Source of the DNA: Rudaea sp.
GTDB taxonomy: Bacteria > Pseudomonadota > Gammaproteobacteria > Xanthomonadales > Rhodanobacteraceae
Direction: 5' to 3'
Assembly (NCBI GenBank): GCA_040002515.1
Contig: JBDUEI010000023.1
Span: forward strand, 8,081-72,080
DNA length: 64,000 nucleotides
In this document: piece after piece, positions 9,018 to 18,403 of the stretch
Position numbering within the stretch: position 1 is the first letter of the stretch
How the letters are laid out: every line of letters begins with the position of its first letter
The notes under the pieces: generated by a model
Database searches by the model: none
The model's input: the letters and a program-made list of their open reading frames with translations, nothing else
Told to the model about the DNA's origin: nothing
Made by a program: the position numbers and the translations under genes

Positions 9018-9743
9018 TCAGTGGTTCGGCGGATTGTTCGGGTTCTGCTGCTTCTTCATGCGTTCGGCTTCTTCACGCATCTGTTTACGCCGTTCTTCGA
9101 TGCGGCGCTGCAATTGTTCGGCGGCTTGCGGATTGGCCCCATTGCCAGCAGCCGGTTGCGCCGGCGGTTTGGCCCCGGCCGCAGCGGGTTGGCCGGCCTT
9201 GCCTGGACGGCCTCCAGCCTGGTTGGCGGGCTTTTGACTCGCAACAGCGGTCGTCAGTTCCACTTCTACTTCATCGCCGGCCGTTTCTTTGAAAATCGCG
9301 CTGCGCTGCTTGATCTCGATCAAGGTCCAGCCGCCTTGATCGCCGGGCATCGGCATGCCTTCTTTCAGCGCGACGGTGTTGTTTTTCGCTTTGTCCTGGA
9401 TCAGCGCCATATGCAGCTGCGGCGTGAGTACGATGCCGGTCAAGCTGATGTTCAACGGAACCGAAGGCGGCGGCGGCGCGGCCTGTTCATCGGGCAACTC
9501 CGGCGTCGGTTTGCGATCGTCGTTGAAGATCGGGCGCGCGTCGGTTGCCGCATACGCGGATTCCGGCGGCAACTTGAACGGTTCGCGATCGATGCCGCTG
9601 GCGCTGAGGGCCGCGCTATTGTCCGGGGCCAGCCAACGGTAACCGCGTCCCCAGCCTGCTTGCAGAATCAGCGCGAGCAATAACAGCACGCCGCAAATGC
9701 CAGCGAGAACGATGGTGAGCAATTTTGCGCCCTGCACGCTCAT
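9018..9743 (-). CDS. gspN: Type II secretion protein N (XpsN / GspC-like)
   Basis: N-terminal TM segment; ARPIFNDDRKP and LTGIVLTPQLHMAL as in Xanthomonas XpsN; located between gspM and gspD. Confidence 0.8.
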   Translation of the reverse strand: MSVQGAKLLTIVLAGICGVLLLLALILQAGWGRGYRWLAPDNSAALSASGIDREPFKLPPESAYAATDARPIFNDDRKPTPELPDEQAAPPPPSVPLNISLTGIVLTPQLHMALIQDKAKNNTVALKEGMPMPGDQGGWTLIEIKQRSAIFKETAGDEVEVELTTAVASQKPANQAGGRPGKAGQPAAAGAKPPAQPAAGNGANPQAAEQLQRRIEERRKQMREEAERMKKQQNPNNPPNH

Positions 9744-10354
9744 TCGCCGGCCTTCCCTGTTTTGTTGCGAAGGTATCCGGACAGGTTGAAGCGGATGTCG
9801 AGCGCACTCGGTGGCGGCTTGCCGCCGGGCGGAATGTAGCCGGCCTGCTGGCGATAGATCATCATCTGATCGACGAACAAGTAAGGATTGCTGTTCTCCA
9901 GATCGTAGAGAATCCCTGCAAACGGTTCGAGCGCGCAGCGCATGCGCACCTGGATCGTGACGCGACGATACAACTCTTCTTCGCCGCCTTTGAAGTTGGA
10001 ATTGCTGACGATCGAACAGCGATTCTCATCTTTCACGCGCTGGCTGATCACTTGTTTCAGCCGTTGCGTGAGATCGGAAAACGCGGCGTTTGGATCGCTA
10101 TCGGTCAGGAACGACTGATTGCTCTGCTCGAACGTTCGCACCTCAGCCACACGCTTGTCGATCAACGGACGTTCCTGCGCGATCTGACTGAAACGCTGTT
10201 GCTGTTCGCGCAGATCGTCCATCTGCGCACTGATATCCAACTGCGGCGCGACGAACCACCAGTGGAAAACGATCAGGTACACGAGCATCGCCACGATCAG
10301 CAGCAACACGATCGCGAGCAATCGGCGATTACGGGTTTCCGGCATCAGGCGCAT
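9740..10354 (-). CDS. gspM: Type II secretion protein GspM
   Basis: Single TM plus coiled coil; LYDLENSNPYLFVD and LDIRFNLSGYL; operon position. Confidence 0.88.
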   Translation of the reverse strand: MRLMPETRNRRLLAIVLLLIVAMLVYLIVFHWWFVAPQLDISAQMDDLREQQQRFSQIAQERPLIDKRVAEVRTFEQSNQSFLTDSDPNAAFSDLTQRLKQVISQRVKDENRCSIVSNSNFKGGEEELYRRVTIQVRMRCALEPFAGILYDLENSNPYLFVDQMMIYRQQAGYIPPGGKPPPSALDIRFNLSGYLRNKTGKAGE

Positions 10355-11552
10355 TCTTGCCTCCTCCCTGATGGTGCGCGGCGCGATCGCGCGCTTCGTT
10401 CGCTTTTGCCGCGGCTTCCGCTGCTGCGACTTTCTTGAATTCGAGCGTGATGTTGAACCGATCTTTCTTGGTGCGCGGATCGGGTTGGATCGTGCCCTGG
10501 ATGCTCGGATTGGCGAGCAGTTCGGATTTGCTGAGCAGGCCGATCAATTTCGATGCGTCGTCGCTCAGACCTTGCAGTTCGATTTTGTTCTTCTCGTCGA
10601 CGTTAAGCCGCTCGAGATATGTGTCGTCGGGCAATCGCGCGGTGATGTCGTTGAGCAGATCGACCATCAACGGCGTCTCGTGTTTTTTACGACTCAGGAA
10701 ATTCGCCGCGTCGATCGTGTCCTGCAAGGTCTTGCGCGCCTGCGACACTTGCTTCGCATCGGTCTGCGCTTTCTCCACATCGGCCGTCATCGCCGCGAGC
10801 GCTGATTCGCGATTGGCCAGCGATTGCACCATCACCGTGACGAGCAGCACCACTACTGCGCCGGCCAGGGCGAGATTCAAACGCAGACGAAGATTCTTGC
10901 GTTTCGCGCGCCGATCGATCGGCATCAGGTTCAATCCCGCGCGCCGCGTGCCGGTTCCTTCTTTCCAGCAATCGACGCCATCGAGTTCGGCGTCGACGCC
11001 GGCAATCTTCGTCAATTCATTATCGAGTTGCGCGCGCGGAACCACGGTAAGTTCGATGGCGAGATTCTTGTCGCTGCTCGAACGCGCCGCGACGCGATAA
11101 TCGAAATAAACCTGATCGGCTTTGAATGGCGTCTGCCGATCCATTTCGAATGCGAGCACCTGCCGCAAATTATTTTCCGCAGCCGCCGGTAGATTGATGT
11201 TGCGGCGAAGCGTGCGCTCGGCGGTAATGCAATAGAAGCGGCGCAGATCCGGATCGTCGAGCTGATTGCGCAGACGCGCGAACGATGCTTTCTGCACATC
11301 GATCGGTTCGGCGAGAGAGATGCGGCTCAGTTCGCGCGTGCGTTCGCCGGACTGCCGCCAGATCACCAGTTCGCTGCCTTGCGCCTCGAGCAGCAACGCG
11401 TCGGCGCGCTCGGCCAGCATTGCGCGCCAGCGTTCGGGCAACAGTGCTACGAGTTCGTTTCCCCACCACGCGAAAAACCGCGGCAAAGGCGTTCTCGCGT
11501 AGCGCGTCCGCAAACGGGCGAGCTGAATGTCGATCGCGTCAGTAATGCTCAT
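10329..11552 (-). CDS. gspL: Type II secretion protein GspL (PilN-domain)
   Basis: FFAWWGNEL; LPAAAENNLRQVLAFEMDRQTPF; TM segment; LPDDTYLERL PilN-like domain. Confidence 0.9.
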   Translation of the reverse strand: MSITDAIDIQLARLRTRYARTPLPRFFAWWGNELVALLPERWRAMLAERADALLLEAQGSELVIWRQSGERTRELSRISLAEPIDVQKASFARLRNQLDDPDLRRFYCITAERTLRRNINLPAAAENNLRQVLAFEMDRQTPFKADQVYFDYRVAARSSSDKNLAIELTVVPRAQLDNELTKIAGVDAELDGVDCWKEGTGTRRAGLNLMPIDRRAKRKNLRLRLNLALAGAVVVLLVTVMVQSLANRESALAAMTADVEKAQTDAKQVSQARKTLQDTIDAANFLSRKKHETPLMVDLLNDITARLPDDTYLERLNVDEKNKIELQGLSDDASKLIGLLSKSELLANPSIQGTIQPDPRTKKDRFNITLEFKKVAAAEAAAKANEARDRAAHHQGGGKNAPDAGNP

Positions 11553-11622
11553 AGGTCCAATCGAAAGCTGCGGCCACGGATGGCCGCATGGCGATCTTCA
11601 CGATCATGCACATGCTCGGTCA

Positions 11623-12528
11623 TCATGGTTCGTCATCGCGCCAGCGCAGCACGGTATAAGGCCGTCCTGCCACGCCGACTCCGCCCAGGCGAACGCTGGC
11701 GTCGATCAGCGTACTGGCGCCGTTCGCGAGCGTAGCGCGGGATTTTATAGTGTACGTGTTCCCTCCCCCATTGGCCACGATGGGCGTGCCGTCGGGCAGG
11801 GTGAGGCCGGCTGTAGCACCTTGCCCCGGCGCGACTTGCTGACGCATCGCGATCAGTTGCTGTGCCAGATCTTCGGTCATCCCCGGCAACGCGCGCAGTG
11901 CTTCGATGGGCGCGTACGCCGCATTCGGCTGCGAGCTTCCGGAATAAATCGTGATCGCCGGCTCGATGCGCTGATAAATGGCGTAACTCATGCCGAGCAC
12001 CTGCTGCACTTCCGAATCGGTCTGGAACGGCGCGTTGCGCGGACCATACGAAAGACCATTGCTTTTGTAGGCATCGATCTCTGCGCCACGAGCGCGCGGG
12101 ATGTCGTCGCCATCGCGCCAATCCTGAATCGAATCCGAAAGAGACGTCGCCGTATCCAGATCGATACCGACGGAAACGAACAGCGATTGCAACAGCGTAT
12201 CGTCCGCGGTGTTGAGATCGATCTTGCCGGACTCGTCGAGAATCTCGATATGGATGTGCGCGTTTTCGAAATCGAATTCGTAGGGACGTCCATCGCAAAC
12301 CCATCGCGTCGTCACGTCCGGATTGCGCAGTTCGTAGACGGCACGCTCGAGACCCGCTTCGGCTGAATAGCGCGCAGTGGTTCCATCGAACAAATGCCGC
12401 GATTCGAGATTTTCCGTGCGCGAGATCAAGGCGAAACTGCCGAGCAGAATCGTCATCAGCGCGATCACCCAGATCACCAGGATGAGTGCTACGCCACGTT
12501 GCCGCGCCGGGCCGCACGACAGAGTCAT
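11623..12528 (-). CDS. gspK: Minor pseudopilin GspK
   Basis: RQRG|VALILVIW prepilin site; DESGKIDLN; IQDWRDGD; EVQQVLGM. Confidence 0.93.
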   Translation of the reverse strand: MTLSCGPARQRGVALILVIWVIALMTILLGSFALISRTENLESRHLFDGTTARYSAEAGLERAVYELRNPDVTTRWVCDGRPYEFDFENAHIHIEILDESGKIDLNTADDTLLQSLFVSVGIDLDTATSLSDSIQDWRDGDDIPRARGAEIDAYKSNGLSYGPRNAPFQTDSEVQQVLGMSYAIYQRIEPAITIYSGSSQPNAAYAPIEALRALPGMTEDLAQQLIAMRQQVAPGQGATAGLTLPDGTPIVANGGGNTYTIKSRATLANGASTLIDASVRLGGVGVAGRPYTVLRWRDDEP

Positions 12529-13220
12529 CGGCGTCGTCCTCCGCGCAGCGCGGAACTCGGCAAGTTCGGCACGAATCCGTTATTCGGACGAACCGCGCCG
12601 GCGTTGAGCATCAACGGCACGTCGAGTTCGGGCCATGGGATCTGCACACCCGGCTGCATGTCGAGACTCACGCGCACCATCAGCGGCGTGACGCTCGGGT
12701 CGGGCCAGTCGCTGAACCAGTCGGTGAGTTGCCCCTGTTCGTCGAGCGTTCGATATTGAAATTGCCCGGCGCGAATGCGATCGAGAATGACAACCGGCTC
12801 GTCGATTTTCGGATTTTGCGCTTCGTAGCCATTGAGCATCGCGTCGGTGAACCTCAATTGCAGACCGTCTTTGCCGCGCACGAGTTCCAGCGTCTGCACA
12901 TACGGACCGCCGCGCGAAAGATAGCCCGGCATCGGGGCGACGAAGCGCATGAACTGCGCGCCGCCGTCGAACACGTGCACCGTGTTGGTCTGATCGTCGT
13001 GTTCGTAACTGAGCGGAATGATGTGGCTGATTTGCCGACGCAAAAATCCTTGCGCGGTGCGCAGACGATCGGCGCGATCGATAGCCCGCTCGCCAGCATG
13101 CATCGCGTTCGCCGATGCGCGAATGCCGCTGTATGCACCCGCAATCAACAGCGCGAGCAGGATGATCGCCAGCAACACTTCGAGCAACGTGAAACCGCGT
13201 TGCGGACGAGGCAAAGCCAT
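12525..13220 (-). CDS. gspJ: Minor pseudopilin GspJ
   Basis: QRG|FTLLEVLLA prepilin motif; ATG overlaps the gspI stop. Confidence 0.9.
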   Translation of the reverse strand: MALPRPQRGFTLLEVLLAIILLALLIAGAYSGIRASANAMHAGERAIDRADRLRTAQGFLRRQISHIIPLSYEHDDQTNTVHVFDGGAQFMRFVAPMPGYLSRGGPYVQTLELVRGKDGLQLRFTDAMLNGYEAQNPKIDEPVVILDRIRAGQFQYRTLDEQGQLTDWFSDWPDPSVTPLMVRVSLDMQPGVQIPWPELDVPLMLNAGAVRPNNGFVPNLPSSALRGGRRR

Positions 13221-13756
13221 CACGGTTTCGCTCGCGCGTTGTTACCCTGACGAGGGATGGGATTAGTAAGGCCGAGGCCGTTGCCGGTCTGTGCCGAATC
13301 CTGCGAACGCAGCGTGACGAAGCGCGCGTTGTGCGTCATGTAATACGTTCCCCACGACACGACGAGTTCGAGCTGGTATAGATCGATCGTGTTGCCGACC
13401 GTCGTGATCTGCGGGCCTTGCTGATTCTGATTGCCCGGCGTGACGCCGCCGGTTTGCGGTTCTTCCGGCGGCTGGATCTTGCCGACGTTCATGCGCCACG
13501 TAAACCGATCGTCGAAACGTCCGCTGCTTGAACCTTCCTGCATCGTTTCGCCGACACCCTGCATGTCGATCAGGGATTGAGCCCACAACGCGGCGCGCGT
13601 GTAGTCGGCCGATTGCGATGTCGAGTGCAAGCACGTACTCAAAATCTGCAACAGCACGCCGAAACCCAGCGCGAAAATCACGAACGCCGCGACCAGCTCG
13701 ATCAGCGTGAAGCCGCTCTGGCGTGTCGGCAATCGGATGGTGCGCGTCGGAAGCAT
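13220..13756 (-). CDS. gspI: Minor pseudopilin GspI
   Basis: QSG|FTLIELVAAFVIFALG; AALWAQSL; position between gspH and gspJ. Confidence 0.88.
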   Translation of the reverse strand: MLPTRTIRLPTRQSGFTLIELVAAFVIFALGFGVLLQILSTCLHSTSQSADYTRAALWAQSLIDMQGVGETMQEGSSSGRFDDRFTWRMNVGKIQPPEEPQTGGVTPGNQNQQGPQITTVGNTIDLYQLELVVSWGTYYMTHNARFVTLRSQDSAQTGNGLGLTNPIPRQGNNARAKP

Positions 13757-13789
13757 GAATTTCCAGAATTATACAAATATAAAACTAAA

Positions 13790-14242
13790 CTAGCGCGCAG
13801 CGACTTCTTCGCGCACGACCTGGCCGGTCAGCCAGCTCACGTTGATCTGCCATTTGCGCTGACCCATGAACACGGTGACGTGTCCGCCGGTCGACGCGCC
13901 ATCCGGAAAGAAACGGATGCGGCCGGATGTCGCGCCGGTCTGCTCGATTTCCGCCGTAGTCAGCGCCATGTGCATTTCGCGCGGCAGCCGCACGAGCGCT
14001 TTTCCGGGCGCCTGATACGTGTTGTGGTCGATGTCGATGTCGAGGGCCTGTTGCTCGCCGCGCACGATGGCCTGACCACGCGTGTAGCGAAGTGCCGCGA
14101 CAAGATCGCGGCTGGCCGCTTCGATCTTCGCGCCGCTCAGACCTTTTGAGAACGACAACGTGACCACGCTCAGCGCGATACCGAGCAAGACCACGACCGC
14201 CACCAGTTCGATCAGCGTGAAGCCGCCTTGTTGCGTGCGCAT
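13790..14242 (-). CDS. gspH: Minor pseudopilin GspH
   Basis: QGG|FTLIEL; IRFFPDGASTGG; VSWLTG. Confidence 0.92.
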   Translation of the reverse strand: MRTQQGGFTLIELVAVVVLLGIALSVVTLSFSKGLSGAKIEAASRDLVAALRYTRGQAIVRGEQQALDIDIDHNTYQAPGKALVRLPREMHMALTTAEIEQTGATSGRIRFFPDGASTGGHVTVFMGQRKWQINVSWLTGQVVREEVAAR

Positions 14243-14275
14243 GATGTCGCTACCCCGTCACGCAACGGCGCTGGC

Positions 14276-14734
14276 TCACTGCCAGTTGCCGAAATCCTTG
14301 TTCAAGCCGTCGCCACCGGGCTGACCGTCCTTGCCGTAAAACGTGATGTCGAAATCGCCGTGTTCGCCCGGTGCTTTATAGAGATAAGGATGTTGGAATG
14401 GATCCTTCAGATCCGATTCTTTCGCATAAGGTCCGTTCCAGTTCGTCGCGCTGCCGGGACGGGCGACGAGCTCGTTCAAGCTCTGCGGCGCGCCGCCGTT
14501 GTCGAGCATGAACGCTTGCACTTTCATCTCCAGCGAATGCACGCCAGCCACGCCAGCCTTGTATTCGCCGCTCTGGAAGTTCTGCATGACCTTGCCGCCG
14601 ACGATCGCCATCACGATACCGATCAGCACGAGCACGGCGATCATTTCGATAAGCGTGAAACCTGCCGCGCGAGCGGGCGCGGAACCACGCGAGAATGCGC
14701 GGGCGATGCGAAGCTGATTTGTATACATTTTCAT
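14276..14734 (-). CDS. gspG: Major pseudopilin GspG
   Basis: AAG|FTLIEM; WNGPY..LKDPF.HPYLY..PG; GKDGQPGGDG. Confidence 0.95.
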   Translation of the reverse strand: MKMYTNQLRIARAFSRGSAPARAAGFTLIEMIAVLVLIGIVMAIVGGKVMQNFQSGEYKAGVAGVHSLEMKVQAFMLDNGGAPQSLNELVARPGSATNWNGPYAKESDLKDPFQHPYLYKAPGEHGDFDITFYGKDGQPGGDGLNKDFGNWQ

Positions 14735-14741
14735 ATTCGTC

Positions 14742-15956
14742 TCACTGTATCTTGCTGGTGATTTCCAGAATCGGCAGGAGGATCGCCATCATGATGACGG
14801 CCACCATACCGGTCATAACTACCGTCATCACCGGCACCAGCGCTGCGAGCAGCCGGTCCACGGTGTTTTTCGCATCCAGATCGAACGTATCGGCGACTTT
14901 GAGCAACATGTCGTCGAGCGATCCCGATTCTTCGCCGACGCTGATCATTTGCAGCGCCAGTTTCGGGAAGCGTTTGCTTTGACCGAGCGCGAACGCCAGT
15001 CCGCCGCCGGTTTTCACTTCTTCAGTCGCCTTGTCGACCGATTGCGCCAGGGCCGTGTTGTTGAGCACGTTGCGGCAGATGCCAAGCGCGGTCAATAAAG
15101 GAACGCCGTTCTTGAGCAAAGTTCCCAACGTGCGCGCCAGACGCGCCGTTTCGAGCTTGGAGGTCAGCGGTCCGAACACGCGCATGGTCAGCATGCGCGC
15201 GTCGAACGCGAGCCGCGCGGTCGGATTGGACAGGCGTTTGCGGATCAGGAAAACGATCGCGAAGATGCCGAGGAAAATCGCCCACCACCAGTCGCGCAGG
15301 ATGTTGCCGACGAACAGCACGATTTCCGTGATCGTCGGCAGATCGACGTTCATATCGCGAAACATCGGCGCGAATTGCGGCACGACGAAGGCGAGCAGAA
15401 CGAACAGCGCGGCGAACACCATCACGACGAGAATCGCCGGATAGATCATTGCGTTGATGACGCTTTCTTTCAGCGCTTTGGAACGTTCGAGATAATTCGC
15501 CAGTCGCGCCAGCGTCACGTCGAGCGAACCGCCGACTTCACCTGCGCGCACCATATTTACGTACAACCGCGAAAACACGGTCGGCTCGGCTTCGAGACCA
15601 TCCGACAACGGTGCGCCGCCGCGCACGTGATCGCGAATGCGCTCGATGATGCGCCTGGCTTTTTCGCTCTCGGGAAGTTCGAGCAGAATCTGCAGCGCGC
15701 GATCGAGTGGCTGACCGGCGCCGAGCAGCGTGGCGAGCTGTTGCGTGAACTGCAACACTTGCGCCGCGTTCATCGCCGAGCGGCGGAACATGCCGAGCGA
15801 TCCGGCGCCCGCGCCGTCCGTGGCTTCGCGCACGTCGAGCGGAATATTGCCCGCGTCCTGAATCTTCGCGACGGCCTCGTCGTTCGAGGCGACGTCGAAT
15901 TGTCCCTCGACGACTTCGCCTGCGGTGGTGACGGCCTTATAGCGGTACAACGCCAT
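14742..15956 (-). CDS. gspF: Type II secretion inner-membrane platform GspF
   Basis: FTQQLATLLGAGQPLDRAL; MVRAGEVGGSL; AMIYP; GEESGSLDDML. Confidence 0.95.
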   Translation of the reverse strand: MALYRYKAVTTAGEVVEGQFDVASNDEAVAKIQDAGNIPLDVREATDGAGAGSLGMFRRSAMNAAQVLQFTQQLATLLGAGQPLDRALQILLELPESEKARRIIERIRDHVRGGAPLSDGLEAEPTVFSRLYVNMVRAGEVGGSLDVTLARLANYLERSKALKESVINAMIYPAILVVMVFAALFVLLAFVVPQFAPMFRDMNVDLPTITEIVLFVGNILRDWWWAIFLGIFAIVFLIRKRLSNPTARLAFDARMLTMRVFGPLTSKLETARLARTLGTLLKNGVPLLTALGICRNVLNNTALAQSVDKATEEVKTGGGLAFALGQSKRFPKLALQMISVGEESGSLDDMLLKVADTFDLDAKNTVDRLLAALVPVMTVVMTGMVAVIMMAILLPILEITSKIQ

Positions 15957-17707
15957 CAACTTTCCTGCGTCACGCGGAGCACTTCTTCGATCGTCGTGGT
16001 ACCGCCGAGCGATTTGACCAGTCCGTCTTCGTACATCGTGCGCATGCCTTCGGCGCGCGCCTGTTCTTCGATCTTGCCCATGTCACCGTGTTGCATGACG
16101 AGACGGCGGATCGGATCGCTCATGACCAGGAATTCCATGATCGTCGTACGGCCGTGATAGCCGGTTGCGCTGAGCGCCGACGGCATCGGTTTATACAATT
16201 CCACTTTTCCGGTCGGCTGAAAACGGCGCAGGCCGAATTCCTCGACCACTTCCGGCATCGCTTCGTACTTTTGCGCGGCGGCTGCGTCGATGCGGCGCAC
16301 CAGACGTTGCGCGAGGATGCCATTCACGGTCGAGGTGAGCAGATAATCTTCGACGCCCATGTCGAGCATGCGCGTGATGCCGCCGGCGGAATTGTTGGTG
16401 TGCAATGTCGACAACACCAAGTGTCCGGTCAGCGCGGACTGGATCGCGATTTTCGCGGTTTCCAGATCGCGCATTTCGCCGATCATGATGATGTCCGGAT
16501 CCTGTCGCACGATCGAGCGCAATGCGTGACTGAAATCCAAACCGATCGACGGCTTGGCCTGAATCTGGTTGATGCCTTCGATCTGATATTCGACCGGATC
16601 TTCGACGGTGATGATCTTGACGTCCGGCGTATTGAGCTTCGACAGCGCGGTATACAACGTGGTCGTCTTGCCCGAACCGGTCGGGCCGGTCACGAGCAGA
16701 ATGCCGTGCGGCAGTTCCAGAACTTTGTTGAACTTCGGCAAGAATTCGTCAGTGAAACCGAGCGTGTGGAAATCGAACACGACGGATTCGCGATCGAGAA
16801 TACGCATCACGACGGATTCGCCGAACGATGTCGGCACGGTCGATACGCGCAGGTCGAGTTCCTTGCCCTGCACCCGCAACATGATGCGTCCGTCCTGAGG
16901 CAGGCGGCGCTCGGCGATGTTCAATTTCGCCATGATCTTCACGCGCGAAATCACTGCGGCTGTCGATGCGGCGGGCGGCGATTCGACTTCATGCAACACA
17001 CCGTCGACGCGATAACGCACTTTCAGGCGATTTTCGAACGGCTCGATATGAATATCCGACGCGCGCTGTTCGACGGCGCGCTGGATGACGAGATTGACCA
17101 GACGAATCACCGGCGCTTCGGAAGCCAAATCGCGCAGATGCTCGATGTCGTCTTCGCCGCGGCCTTGTTCGTCGGTGAGATTCTCGACGATCGTACCCAT
17201 CGCCGAACGGCCGGAGCCGTAATAGCGCTCGATCAGATCGTCGATCTCCGAACGGAATCCGACTTTGACGGCGACGGATTTTCCGCTGGCCAGCTCGACG
17301 GCTTGCCGCGAATACGTGTCGGCCGGATCGGCCACCAGCAACGTGACCGTGGTTTCGTCTTCCGAAATCGGCACGACGTGATATTGCTTGAGGAATCGCA
17401 CCGACATCTGCACCGTCTGCGGCGGCGCATCCGGGCATTCCTTGATGCTCAGCAACGGCAGTTTCAGCAGTTCCGCGAGCGCCTCGGCCATGTCGCGCTC
17501 GGATACGAGGCCGAGCCGCGTGAGAAGCGGAATGAGATTGCCTTCGCTGCTTTCGTCGTGCAGGCGGCGCGCGCGGACCAGATCGGTTTCTTTCAGGCGG
17601 CCGTGTTCGACGAGGAAATCGCAAATGCGCTCGTCGAGCAACTCGGCACTGAACGGCTCGAGCGGATTCTCCAAGATCGGATTTTCGATGTTCGGAACAG
17701 CGACCAT
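15956..17707 (-). CDS. gspE: Type II secretion ATPase GspE
   Basis: ASDIHIEP; NIAERRLPQDG; GPTGSGKTTT; TVEDPVEY; RQDPDIIMIGEMRD; TGHLVLSTLHTN. Confidence 0.97.
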   Translation of the reverse strand: MVAVPNIENPILENPLEPFSAELLDERICDFLVEHGRLKETDLVRARRLHDESSEGNLIPLLTRLGLVSERDMAEALAELLKLPLLSIKECPDAPPQTVQMSVRFLKQYHVVPISEDETTVTLLVADPADTYSRQAVELASGKSVAVKVGFRSEIDDLIERYYGSGRSAMGTIVENLTDEQGRGEDDIEHLRDLASEAPVIRLVNLVIQRAVEQRASDIHIEPFENRLKVRYRVDGVLHEVESPPAASTAAVISRVKIMAKLNIAERRLPQDGRIMLRVQGKELDLRVSTVPTSFGESVVMRILDRESVVFDFHTLGFTDEFLPKFNKVLELPHGILLVTGPTGSGKTTTLYTALSKLNTPDVKIITVEDPVEYQIEGINQIQAKPSIGLDFSHALRSIVRQDPDIIMIGEMRDLETAKIAIQSALTGHLVLSTLHTNNSAGGITRMLDMGVEDYLLTSTVNGILAQRLVRRIDAAAAQKYEAMPEVVEEFGLRRFQPTGKVELYKPMPSALSATGYHGRTTIMEFLVMSDPIRRLVMQHGDMGKIEEQARAEGMRTMYEDGLVKSLGGTTTIEEVLRVTQES

Positions 17708-17710
17708 GAC

Positions 17711-18400
17711 CTAACCCACCCCTGACTGTTGCGTTTCGACCCCAACTTTCGGCACAGGTTCCGCCGACTCGGGTCGGATAAGCGTTTCGATGAATCGGCG
17801 ATTCAGCACGATCCACAAAACCGCCGGCACCAGCGCCGGCAGGATCAGATAACCGAACTGATACCAAAGCGCAATCAGGTTCAGGGGGATTCCCGCCTGC
17901 TGAACCGCCTTGAGGCCTTCAGCGCCAGAATCGAGCGCGACGGTTTTCAGACTCTCGCCGATCACGCCGACGGTCTGTGAAACGAGGATGACGAGACCGC
18001 CGCCGATGATTTGCGCGGTCCGCTGCAAGCGCGTCAGCGGCGTGGCCAATACCAGCCCCGCGAACAACGGCAGCGCGTAGCCGTAGATCATCGGGTTGAC
18101 GACCGGTTCGAGAAATCCGAATTTTGCCGGCTCGCCGGGCGGCGCGGCGTTGACCAGGATGCCGCTGGAAATCTGCATCAGATAACCGGGATGACCGAGC
18201 ACGCGACCCTGCGTGTCGATGAGATCGGCGCCTTGACTGATCGCCGTGAACAGCGTCGGCCACGCGTGCAACAAGACGGATTTGGCAAGCTGGATCACCG
18301 GCCAGCACAACGGCGACGCGAACCAGAACCAGAAAAAAAACGCCAGCGGCAGCCACAACACGGCGGCCAGCAGAAATCGTTTGAGCGGAGAAAGCGTCAC
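17711..18400 (-). CDS. Membrane protein resembling the exosortase-H-associated membrane protein family
   Basis: 229 aa with several TM segments; motifs WLPLAFFFW, NPMIYGYALPL and YQFGYLILP..P..LW recalled from that family; 3-nt gaps to both purL and gspE. Confidence 0.65.
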   Translation of the reverse strand: MTLSPLKRFLLAAVLWLPLAFFFWFWFASPLCWPVIQLAKSVLLHAWPTLFTAISQGADLIDTQGRVLGHPGYLMQISSGILVNAAPPGEPAKFGFLEPVVNPMIYGYALPLFAGLVLATPLTRLQRTAQIIGGGLVILVSQTVGVIGESLKTVALDSGAEGLKAVQQAGIPLNLIALWYQFGYLILPALVPAVLWIVLNRRFIETLIRPESAEPVPKVGVETQQSGVG

Positions 18401-18403
18401 CGC

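Noticed and set aside
16088-17725. 545-aa plus-strand ORF and many similar long ORFs (e.g. 42681-43937, 56085-57506, 18011-19363, 7522-8937)
   Set aside because: They overlap well-supported genes on the opposite strand or in another frame and show no family motifs; such shadow ORFs are expected from high-GC codon bias.
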